A stretch of DNA of 64,000 nucleotides from Longimicrobiales bacterium (lineage in GTDB: Bacteria; Gemmatimonadota; Gemmatimonadetes; Longimicrobiales; Gaopeijiaceae), in contig CAXXKM010000001.1 in assembly GCA_963664435.2 (NCBI GenBank), positions 1,088,001 through 1,152,000 of the forward strand, in the 5' to 3' direction. The first letter of the stretch is position 1, and every line of letters begins with the position of its first letter. The notes beneath the pieces were generated by a model that was given only the letters and a program-made list of their open reading frames with translations, made no database searches and was not told the origin of the DNA. Of the stretch, positions 1 through 7,501 are shown in pieces. Both the position numbers and the translations under genes were made by a program.

Positions 1-315
1 GCCGGAGACCGCCCAACTCCGCCGGTACCGGACCCTCGAGCCGATTGCCGTCCAGGGACAGCCCCCGCAGGTGCACGAGGCTCCCCAGCTCCGGCGGAAT
101 CGGACCCTCGAGCCGGTTGCCGTTGAGCCACAGCCCCTCCAGACCGGCGAGATTCCCCAGCTCTGGAGGGATCGGACCCGCCAGCGCGTTGCCGCTCAGG
201 CTCAGCGACGTCAGGCCCGCGAGATTCCCCAACTCCAGCGGAATCGTGCCCTCGAGCGTATTGCCGTCGAGCCACAGCTCCTCCAGATCGGCGAGATTCC
301 CCAGTTCCGGCGGAA
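1..315 (-). pseudogene. 3' (distal) portion of an interrupted LRR lipoprotein gene; runs off the left edge
   Basis: Minus strand reads PPELGNLADLEELWLDGNTLEGTIPLELGNLAGLTSLSLSGNALAGPIPPELG..., 24-aa/72-bp plant-type LRR units; joins in frame to 6646-7330 across the att repeat. Confidence 0.9.
304..315. repeat. att core, left copy GTTCCGGCGGAA
   Basis: Identical to 6646-6657; lies within the palindrome AGTTCCG-G-CGGAACT (303-317). Confidence 0.85.
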
Positions 316-496
316 CTAGATATCCGTTGTCCCATGTAGTCCAATGAGGTACATGAGTGCGTTCATAACACGTTATTGGACAACCGTTTCCGGTGGTACT
401 GTCTCGTTTCATCGTCCCTTGCCGTCCGTTGTGATCCCGTGTATTCTTCCCTGTAGAGTGATTTGGTATGTGATACACAACGGCAGGAAGGACCGC

Positions 497-1651
497 ATGA
501 CGAAGCGACCCAAGACGCTTACCGCCGCCTTCGTTCGGACGGTCAGCCGACCCGGAGTCTACGGCGACGGACGAGGAGGCCGCGGGCTGAGCCTCCGGGT
601 GTACCGGACGGCCAACGGTCGGATCACCAAAACGTGGCGTCAGCGCGTCCGGATCGACGGGCGACTCACCTCGATCGGTCTCGGTCCGTATCCCGAGGTC
701 ACGCTCGCCGACGCCCGGGAAAAAGCGCTGGACAACAGCCGGAGGGTTCGCCGGGGACAGGATCCGCGCGGGCGCGGCGTGCCGACCTTCGCCGAGGCGG
801 CCCGGCGGACCATCGAGCTTCACCGCGACTCGTGGAAGGCCGGGAGCCCCTTGCCTCAGCAGTGGGAATCCACGTTCCGGCTCCACGCCGCCCCGCTCCT
901 CGACAAGCCGGTGGACCGGATCACGAGCGCGGACGTGCTCGGGTGCCTTGGCCCGATCTGGAACTCGATGCCCACGGCCGCGCGGAAGGCCAAGCACCGG
1001 ATCGCCGCCGTGTTCCGGTGGAGCATCGGCCGCAATTACCGCCGGGACAACCCGGTCGACCGGGCGGTTGCGGCGTTGCCGAAGCCGAACGGGAACCCAG
1101 GAAGCCATCACCGCGCCCTGCCGCACGGGGAGATCGCTGCGGCGCTTCGTTCCATCCGCCGGGTGGGGGACGGGAGTCTGGCTGCGTTGTGCGCCGAACT
1201 GATTGTGCTCACGGCAGTCCGTCCCGGCGAGGCGCGTGGCGCGCGGTGGGACGAGATCGACATGGACGCGGCAAGGTGGACGATTCCGGTGGCGAGGATG
1301 AAGGCGGGACGCGAGTTCACGGTCCCGCTCAGCACGGGCGTGCTGGAGGTGCTGATTCAGGCGCGCAAGCTGTCGGACAAGTCGCCGCTGGTGTTCCCGT
1401 CGCGGACCGGCCGGACGCTTGCGCCGAAGACGGTGTCGCGGGTGCTCCAGATGGCCGGGGTGGACTCGACGCTGCACGGATTCCGGTCGAGCGCCCGGTC
1501 GTGGATGGCCGAGACCGGCGTCCCGGCGGAGGTCGCGGAAGCCTGCCTCGCCCACGTTCCCAAGAGCCGGGTCGTTCAGGCGTATCAGCGCTCCGACCTG
1601 CTGGAGAGACGCGCCGAAGTCATGCAGGCTTGGAGCGACTACCTCGGGTAG
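497..1651 (+). CDS. P4-like tyrosine integrase with N-terminal arm-binding domain
   Basis: GVYGDGRGGRGLSLRV arm domain; VRPGEARGARWDEID, HGFRSSARSW, LAH...AYQRSDL catalytic motifs; AGGAAGGA before ATG 497. Confidence 0.95.
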   Translation: MTKRPKTLTAAFVRTVSRPGVYGDGRGGRGLSLRVYRTANGRITKTWRQRVRIDGRLTSIGLGPYPEVTLADAREKALDNSRRVRRGQDPRGRGVPTFAEAARRTIELHRDSWKAGSPLPQQWESTFRLHAAPLLDKPVDRITSADVLGCLGPIWNSMPTAARKAKHRIAAVFRWSIGRNYRRDNPVDRAVAALPKPNGNPGSHHRALPHGEIAAALRSIRRVGDGSLAALCAELIVLTAVRPGEARGARWDEIDMDAARWTIPVARMKAGREFTVPLSTGVLEVLIQARKLSDKSPLVFPSRTGRTLAPKTVSRVLQMAGVDSTLHGFRSSARSWMAETGVPAEVAEACLAHVPKSRVVQAYQRSDLLERRAEVMQAWSDYLG

Positions 1652-1952
1652 CCACTTGCCTCCCCCAACGCCGATCAGCACCACCCTTCCACCTCCGTAG
1701 CGCGGTTCGGCGGTCGCCCGCGACCGCGTTGCCGGCATCCACGGCGTCAGCCGGGTCGAACCGGGCCTCGTCGGACCGGTTGTCACACCTTCGGACGATC
1801 ACTCCGCGGTTCGCCAGGGGGGGATCTTGCCACGCCGCTGGCAGCGACCGCAAACGGGTCGTAGACGGCGTTGGAACCCCATGGAAGGCTGTGGAAAGGT
1901 AGGGAATTTCCGACCGTTGACGCCGTCCCGAATGGTCCACCAGCGTTCAGGC

Positions 1953-2180
1953 ATGGAGACGCTGGAAGAGCTATTCAGATCGCGGGTTAGCGCGTTCCTC
2001 GGGCGTTCGAGCCTGAGCCCGACGGCGTTCGGCAAGAAGGCGCTGGGCGACCCGAACCTGATGCGCCAGATCGGTCGGGGACGCTCGCCGACGCTGAGGA
2101 CGGCGGACCGGATTCTCTCGTTCATCGCCGAGCAGGACGGAGCATCGGGCGGTGGACGCGATCCGCCTCGACGCCCGTGA
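1953..2180 (+). CDS. Small Cro-like HTH regulator
   Basis: SPTAFGKKALGDPNLMRQIGRGRSPTLRTADRI resembles phage/island small HTH proteins. Confidence 0.65.
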   Translation: METLEELFRSRVSAFLGRSSLSPTAFGKKALGDPNLMRQIGRGRSPTLRTADRILSFIAEQDGASGGGRDPPRRP

Positions 2181-2228
2181 GACCGGAGACCGACCAGCAA
2201 GCAGCGAACAAGGAGGAGGAGAAGGACG

Positions 2229-2525
2229 ATGACCGAGAACACGATGGAACGGAGGATGAACCCGCCGATCCGCTTCCTGCGGCTGCCCGAGGTGATGGCG
2301 CGCACCGGCCTGTCGCGGAGCACGATCTACGTGCGGCTGGCAGAGGGGCGCTTCCCCCGGCCGGTCGCCCTGGGCGGGCGGGCCGTGGGGTGGATCGAGG
2401 CCGAGGTGGACGAATGGGTCCGCGAGCGCATCGCCGAGAGCCGGTTCGACGGCGCGCGGGCCGGTGAGCGCGGCGAGGCCGCGCGGGGGATTCGCCGGGC
2501 GGCAGAGGCCGGCCCGGTTCGATGA
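2229..2525 (+). CDS. alpA: AlpA-family regulator / recombination directionality factor
   Basis: RFLRLPEVMARTGLSRSTIY...GRFPRPVALGGRAVGWIEAEVDEW. Confidence 0.9.
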   Translation: MTENTMERRMNPPIRFLRLPEVMARTGLSRSTIYVRLAEGRFPRPVALGGRAVGWIEAEVDEWVRERIAESRFDGARAGERGEAARGIRRAAEAGPVR

Positions 2526-2583
2526 GCCGGCGCGCTTCGCGGCGGTCGGGGAACAGCCCGTCGGACTCGTCTAAGGCCGGTGA

Positions 2584-2617
2584 GCCAGCACACGCGATGT
2601 TGAACATCGCGGCTGGC
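2584..2617. other. Candidate oriT hairpin
   Basis: GCCAGC-aca-CGCGATGTT-g-AACATCGCG-GCTGGC inverted repeat just upstream of mobC. Confidence 0.5.
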
Positions 2618-2719
2618 GAGGGGTTGCTGCGCCCCCTTCGAACCCCCGGCCTGCCGCGTCCCTGGCGGAGCAGCGGACGCGCGGGGGCGAGGCCCCCGAA
2701 ACCCGTCTCCGGTGCGACC

Positions 2720-3058
2720 GTGGCTGAGCATCGCACCGTGATGGTCGCCGCCCGGGTCACGCCCGCGGAACACGCCGCCTGGCGGGAGAAGGCGGCTGCG
2801 GCGGGCGTGTCGCCGTCCGCGCTGCTGCGCGAGGCGATGGCGCGGACCCAGACCTGGACCGCATCGGCACGGGCCGTCGAGCGCAAGCGCACCCGCCAGA
2901 TCGCGCGCATCGGAAACAACCTGAACCAGCTGGCGCGCTGGGCGAACACACACGCCTCGACGGCCGAGGCGGTCTCGGTGATCGCCCATTTGGTGTCGTT
3001 CGAGCGGTCGCTGCTCGCCGTGGCACGCATCGGCGAGGAGGCCCGCGATGCTCGTTAA
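2720..3058 (+). CDS. mobC: MobC/MbeC relaxosome accessory protein
   Basis: RHH-like N-terminus and RQIARIGNNLNQLARWAN motif; overlaps the relaxase start. Confidence 0.9.
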   Translation: MAEHRTVMVAARVTPAEHAAWREKAAAAGVSPSALLREAMARTQTWTASARAVERKRTRQIARIGNNLNQLARWANTHASTAEAVSVIAHLVSFERSLLAVARIGEEARDAR

Positions 3059-4571
3059 GTTCCTCTCCCATGGGAAGGGCTCGGCCCGGGCGGCGGTCGA
3101 GTATCTCGTCGGCGAGCGGGACGCGGCGGGACACGAGCGCGAAGGCGTCGAAGTCTTGCGCGGGAACCCGGAGATGGTGGCCGCCGTGGCCAACTCGCTC
3201 GACTTCGAGCGCAAGTACACGTCGGCCGTGATCGCATGGGCGCCGGAGGACCGGCCGACCGGCGAGCAGATCGGAGCCGTCCTCGACGAGTTCGAGAAGA
3301 CCGCCTGGGCGGGACTGGAGCCGGACCGCTACGCGTGGACGGCCGTCCTGCACCGCGAGCGCGGCGGTGGCGTCCACGCGCACATCCTCGCCGCGCAGTG
3401 CGACCTCCAGACCGGGCGGAGCCTGAACATCGCGCCTCCCGGCTGGCAGCAGACCTTCGCCCCGCTTCGCGACGCCTTCAACCACGAGCACGGCTGGAGC
3501 CGCCCGGACGACCCGGCGCGAGCCAGGGCGCAGCGGCCGGGCCACGTGGCCTACATCGAGGCGTCGAAGCTGCGGGCCGGACTCGAACACGAGGCGGACC
3601 CCCGCACGCTGATCCGCGACTATCTGGTGCAGCGCGTCGAGCACGGCGCGGTCAAGGGCCGCGCCGACGTGGTCTCCGCGCTGGAGGACGTGGGGCTTGA
3701 GGTGCCCCGCCAAGGCAAGGACTACATCACCGCCCGCGATCCGGAGAGCGGCAAGCGGTGGCGGCTGAAGGGAGAACTGTATGAGCGAGACTTCGAGCCC
3801 GAACGACTTGACCTCGCGGCTGAGGAGCAGGCTGGAGGCCGACCGGAAGGAGATCGAGGAGACGGCCACGCGCGAGCTCAGGCGGCTTGGCGAGAGCTTA
3901 GGCGCCGTCAGAAGCGACGCGCTGCGTTCCATCGAGGCCGATACGGTCGAGGCGACCGGGCGGATGCGCGAGTTGCTGATGAAGGCCTGGCTCCGGCCGC
4001 TGGTGGTCGGCATGAGCCTCTTCCTTGGTATCTGCGGCGGCAGCTGGGCGACGATGCACTGGTTGTCGAGGAGCATCGACTCCCGGATCGAGACCTTGGC
4101 GGAGGTCAAGCTCAGGATCGTGCGGGCGCGCGACACCTTGGCGGTGATGCACGAGACGACGTGGGGCATCGAGTTGCAGGAAATCAACGGGGATCGGTAC
4201 GTGTTGCTGCCCGCCGACACTCCGGGCCGTCCGGCATTCACCATGGACGGACGGCCCTACATGAAGCTCTCGAGAGAGTGAGGAGGGAGTTGCATGAACG
4301 ACTTGGAACGGCAGTTGACAACCGCCTTGGAGCGGTTGTCCGAGCAATACGAAACGGAACAGCGGCGGCACTGCGGACAGATCGAAACGTTGCGCGAGCA
4401 GGTCGAAGCCTTGCAGCGGCAAGTCGAGCGGCTGAGCGGGCGGGTGACGGAGTTGACCGGATACTCCGGGACCTACGGCGCAGGGCCAGGGCGCGGGTGG
4501 AGATGACGCGCCGACTGGTGGAAAAGATCAGGCGTCCCGGGCCGGATCGGGACTCGGGGCCGAGCCGGTGA
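3048..4571 (+). CDS. Relaxase, ColE1 MbeA-like (MOBP)
   Basis: MLVKFLSHGKG..AVEYL, VLRGNPE, KYTSAV, VLHRERGGGVHAHIL, DLQTGRSL. Confidence 0.9.
   Translation: MLVKFLSHGKGSARAAVEYLVGERDAAGHEREGVEVLRGNPEMVAAVANSLDFERKYTSAVIAWAPEDRPTGEQIGAVLDEFEKTAWAGLEPDRYAWTAVLHRERGGGVHAHILAAQCDLQTGRSLNIAPPGWQQTFAPLRDAFNHEHGWSRPDDPARARAQRPGHVAYIEASKLRAGLEHEADPRTLIRDYLVQRVEHGAVKGRADVVSALEDVGLEVPRQGKDYITARDPESGKRWRLKGELYERDFEPERLDLAAEEQAGGRPEGDRGDGHARAQAAWRELRRRQKRRAAFHRGRYGRGDRADARVADEGLAPAAGGRHEPLPWYLRRQLGDDALVVEEHRLPDRDLGGGQAQDRAGARHLGGDARDDVGHRVAGNQRGSVRVAARRHSGPSGIHHGRTALHEALERVRRELHERLGTAVDNRLGAVVRAIRNGTAAALRTDRNVARAGRSLAAASRAAERAGDGVDRILRDLRRRARARVEMTRRLVEKIRRPGPDRDSGPSR
3781..4281 (+). CDS. MbeB-like mobilization protein nested in the relaxase gene
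   Basis: Alternate-frame ORF with coiled N-terminus and a TM segment, in the position of ColE1 mbeB. Confidence 0.65.
   Translation: MSETSSPNDLTSRLRSRLEADRKEIEETATRELRRLGESLGAVRSDALRSIEADTVEATGRMRELLMKAWLRPLVVGMSLFLGICGGSWATMHWLSRSIDSRIETLAEVKLRIVRARDTLAVMHETTWGIELQEINGDRYVLLPADTPGRPAFTMDGRPYMKLSRE
4294..4506 (+). CDS. MbeD-like protein nested in the relaxase gene
   Basis: MNDLERQLTTALERLSEQY resembles the MbeD N-terminus; RBS GAGGAGGGAG. Confidence 0.75.
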   Translation: MNDLERQLTTALERLSEQYETEQRRHCGQIETLREQVEALQRQVERLSGRVTELTGYSGTYGAGPGRGWR

Positions 4572-4800
4572 TGATGCCCTTGCTGCTGGTCGGCCAAGTG
4601 GCGGCCTCAGTCCCAGAGCGACTCGAAGACCCCTGACATCAGCCGAGTCCTTCCCATTGCGGGGCTTGCCCGAACAGGCTTGCACGAAAGGCTTGATGGC
4701 TAACCACATTTGCGTTAGCATGCGGGCGTTCACGGGCCGTGTCTCCCCGACGGGTGGCGCGGCCAATCTTTGGCAAACCTCTTATGGGAGCCCAACACAG

Positions 4801-5007
4801 ATGTCATTCCTCACCCGTTCTTTCCGTGGCTTGGTCGGTTCGCTCTGCGTCGCCGCCGCGGTCGCTTTCCCTGGAACCGCTCAAGACGTCGGCGACTTGG
4901 ACCCATGCTTCGACACCTGTCACAGTGTCGCCATGCTCATCTATCTGGGCGGTGACGAGGACGGAGCGTCGGACTTCTTCGACGAGTGCATGGACACCTT
5001 TTGCTAG
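4801..5007 (+). CDS. Small secreted acidic Cys-containing peptide
   Basis: Signal-like N-terminus, then CFDTC and CMDTFC; 68 aa. Confidence 0.55.
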   Translation: MSFLTRSFRGLVGSLCVAAAVAFPGTAQDVGDLDPCFDTCHSVAMLIYLGGDEDGASDFFDECMDTFC

Positions 5008-6158
5008 TTGCCGGTCCTGACTCGGTGTTTCGCAGTTGTTGGGTGGTCGCGGCAATCTCAGCACTCGCCGCGACCGCCTGCCAGACCGAGCCCGCACATG
5101 TCGCTATACCTGAGTCGCTCGCGTTGTTTCCTGCGGCGGCGTCTCCGGCACCACTGAGCGTCAGCAGGAGCATCGCCCTCGCTGACGAAGAGACAGCCTG
5201 CGTCGTCGATTCGTTTGAATTTCGGGTGGTTTGTGGCAGGCGTGAAGGCGAAGAGGGCGTCGCATTTGGGCGGCAGGGCGATGGCCCAGGGGAGTTCCGT
5301 GGCCTCAGTTTGGTGGCCCGTGTTGGGCTTGGCCGCTTGGGCGTCGTGGACGGTAGGCTGAACCGGTTGACCATATTCAGCGCCACTGGTGACCGCGTAT
5401 CGGAGGTCACTTTGCCTCCGATGTACTTCGCCGATGGAATTCGACAGACGACCTTATTCGGGTCCGAGGTCGATCTAGCAGCGTATTCCCCGGGAGATTC
5501 GATCTTGACGCGGGTCTACTCCCAGGTGGACGTCAATTCGGGAGAGGTCACATGGACGCGCGGAGATATGAACGGGCTCGCCGATACTGAGTGCGGCGGA
5601 TTGGACAAGGGCGTGCCTCGACCGGCGGCAGGATACGTGTTCTGGGCATGTCGCAAAGAGTTGGTCTTTCTTGACTACAGTGACGCCGACGCCGCGACTG
5701 TAATCACGTCTCCAGCCTATCGGGAAGAACTCCCGAGCCAGCGTGATGTCGAGGCTTTTGCTGAGGGGCTGACGAGGCTTGGAGGTAGGATGGCCATGCC
5801 GAGGTCGGCGGCCAATCCCTACGTCGAGACATTCCGTGAAGCACCTAAGCGGTGGTTCAACGTGCCGGGCGCGCTGCTGTTTGATTCAAAGGACCGGTTG
5901 TGGGTGGCAACCACGCTCGACCGCGACACCTTCTCTTACTTCGAAATCTGGATTGGGACCGAATACGCTGGTTCCGTTCGGGTGCGGGATCGCGCGATGG
6001 GCTTCGACCTCTTCCGCAACACTCTGGCGGTATTGGTCGAACGGCAACCGGGACCCGACGGAATCGCACCTCGGGGTATCGACTGGTACGACATCCGTGA
6101 CCTCGATTGCCGAGCATCAGAGGCCGACCGAGGTTGCAGTCTAAGCCCTAGCAGCTAG
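4986..6158 (+). CDS. Beta-propeller (6-bladed/NHL-like) lipoprotein, element cargo; start uncertain
   Basis: Lipobox ATAC; FGRQGDGPGEFR motif. Confidence 0.75.
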   Translation: MHGHLLLVAGPDSVFRSCWVVAAISALAATACQTEPAHVAIPESLALFPAAASPAPLSVSRSIALADEETACVVDSFEFRVVCGRREGEEGVAFGRQGDGPGEFRGLSLVARVGLGRLGVVDGRLNRLTIFSATGDRVSEVTLPPMYFADGIRQTTLFGSEVDLAAYSPGDSILTRVYSQVDVNSGEVTWTRGDMNGLADTECGGLDKGVPRPAAGYVFWACRKELVFLDYSDADAATVITSPAYREELPSQRDVEAFAEGLTRLGGRMAMPRSAANPYVETFREAPKRWFNVPGALLFDSKDRLWVATTLDRDTFSYFEIWIGTEYAGSVRVRDRAMGFDLFRNTLAVLVERQPGPDGIAPRGIDWYDIRDLDCRASEADRGCSLSPSS

Positions 6159-6645
6159 TAGCCCCCTTCCATCTTTGGTTTGACGCTAGGCGCGCCGGCG
6201 ATAATCGGGTGCCCCGGTCCCGATGGAGGTGAAAGGGAGGATGCTTCGTCGGGCTGCCCGGTCGCGATCAAGGGCAAACGCCGCACGAGGTAGCGCCCAA
6301 GCCACGAATGAGGCGGCTGGCCCGCCGCCCGCGGATAGGCCAACCGAAGGGGCTCGCCAGCCGGCGATATCGTTTCGACACCACGGGTATCGTCTTCGCT
6401 CTCTACTCCGCGTCCCGATGGAGGTGGCAGCGGGGCGCTTCGTTGGTTGCTCGGTCCCCGCTGAGCCTCACCCCCACGATCCGCACAACCGGTCGCTCGC
6501 CACGGCCTGACCGAACGGTTACATCCAACGGCATCCGGTGCGGTCGCGTGGATTCCTGCTCATTTCTGTATATCTCAGGTGGTACATGAACGCCAAATGT
6601 CCGTGTAACCCGTTGTAATATAGTCGTTTAGCATCGTGTGCAATG

Positions 6646-6657
6646 GTTCCGGCGGAA
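6646..6657. repeat. att core, right copy GTTCCGGCGGAA
   Basis: Identical to 304-315; LRR homology stops exactly here. Confidence 0.85.
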
Positions 6658-7330
6658 TCGGACCCGCCAGCGCGTTGGCGCGCAGATTCAAGGACGTCAG
6701 GCCCGAGAGACGCCCCAGTTCCGACGGGATCGTCCCCCGCAGGCCGTGCGACACCCACTCCCCGGTCTCCCCGTCCTGGCGGCCGCCGAGGTCCAGGCGG
6801 ACGACCCGGCCGAAGGCGTCCGTCTCCACCCCGCGCCAATCCTCCAGCGGCCCGTCGGTCAGCCAGTTCTCGTCGTCGGCCCAGTTCGGCCCGTCCGTCG
6901 CCGCGTGGAGCGCGGCCAGCGGCGCCCGGTCCCCACTCTCCACCGCGACGGTCACCGTCGCCGTGCCCGCAACCGCACCGACCGTCGCCGCGACCGTGGT
7001 CGTCCCGTTGCCGGTCGCCGCCACCAAGCCCGACCCGCCGACCGTCGCGACCTCGGGGCGCACGCTCGTCCAGATCACCGCCACGCCGGACATCGCCCGC
7101 TCGTTGCCGTCGCGCACGTGCGCGCTGAGTTGCACGGTCGCGTCCGGCGCCGTGAGCGACGCGGCCGCAGGCGTGACCGTCACGCTGGCCACGCCAAGCG
7201 TCTCGGAGGGAGGGCGCGTTGCGTCGTCGCCGCACCCCGACGACGCACACGCCGCGACCGCGCAGATCGCCAACAACGGGACGCGAATCCGTGTGCGGAC
7301 GTTCGGGGCCCCATCGCTCTCTCGTTCCAT
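6646..7330 (-). pseudogene. 5' portion of the interrupted Ig (Big_2) + LRR lipoprotein gene
   Basis: Lipobox SSGC, Ig-like VTVTP...WTSVRPEVATV, LRR N-cap ALHAATDGPNW...WRGV, first LRRs; truncated at IPPE (read-through stop at 6575). Confidence 0.88.
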
Positions 7331-7426
7331 GCCCGCGGGATGATTCGGCCCCGGCTCCACGACGGGCTCGGAGTTCGTTCGGCGGACCGACCGGGACCGG
7401 GTTGTTGTCGTCATTGCTGAATAGGG

Positions 7427-7464
7427 AGCAACCCCCCGCCCGGCGAACCGGACGGGGGGTTGCT
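7427..7464 (-). terminator. Stem-loop downstream of the giant lipoprotein gene
   Basis: AGCAACCCCCCGTCCGG-TTCG-CCGGGCGGGGGGTTGCT on the minus strand; no clear U tract. Confidence 0.6.
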
Positions 7465-7501
7465 GCTGCCATCGGTCAGGCCGATGGGGTTGGAGGGTGG
7501 A

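Larger units (their letters stand above)
304..6657. mobile_element. Integrative mobilizable element (tyrosine integrase + AlpA + ColE1-like mob cassette + cargo)
   Basis: Bounded by a 12-bp direct repeat; integrase next to the left end; interrupts the LRR gene. Confidence 0.9.

Noticed and set aside
304..6657. Prophage or P4-like satellite
   Set aside because: No structural, primase or packaging genes; carries a relaxase instead
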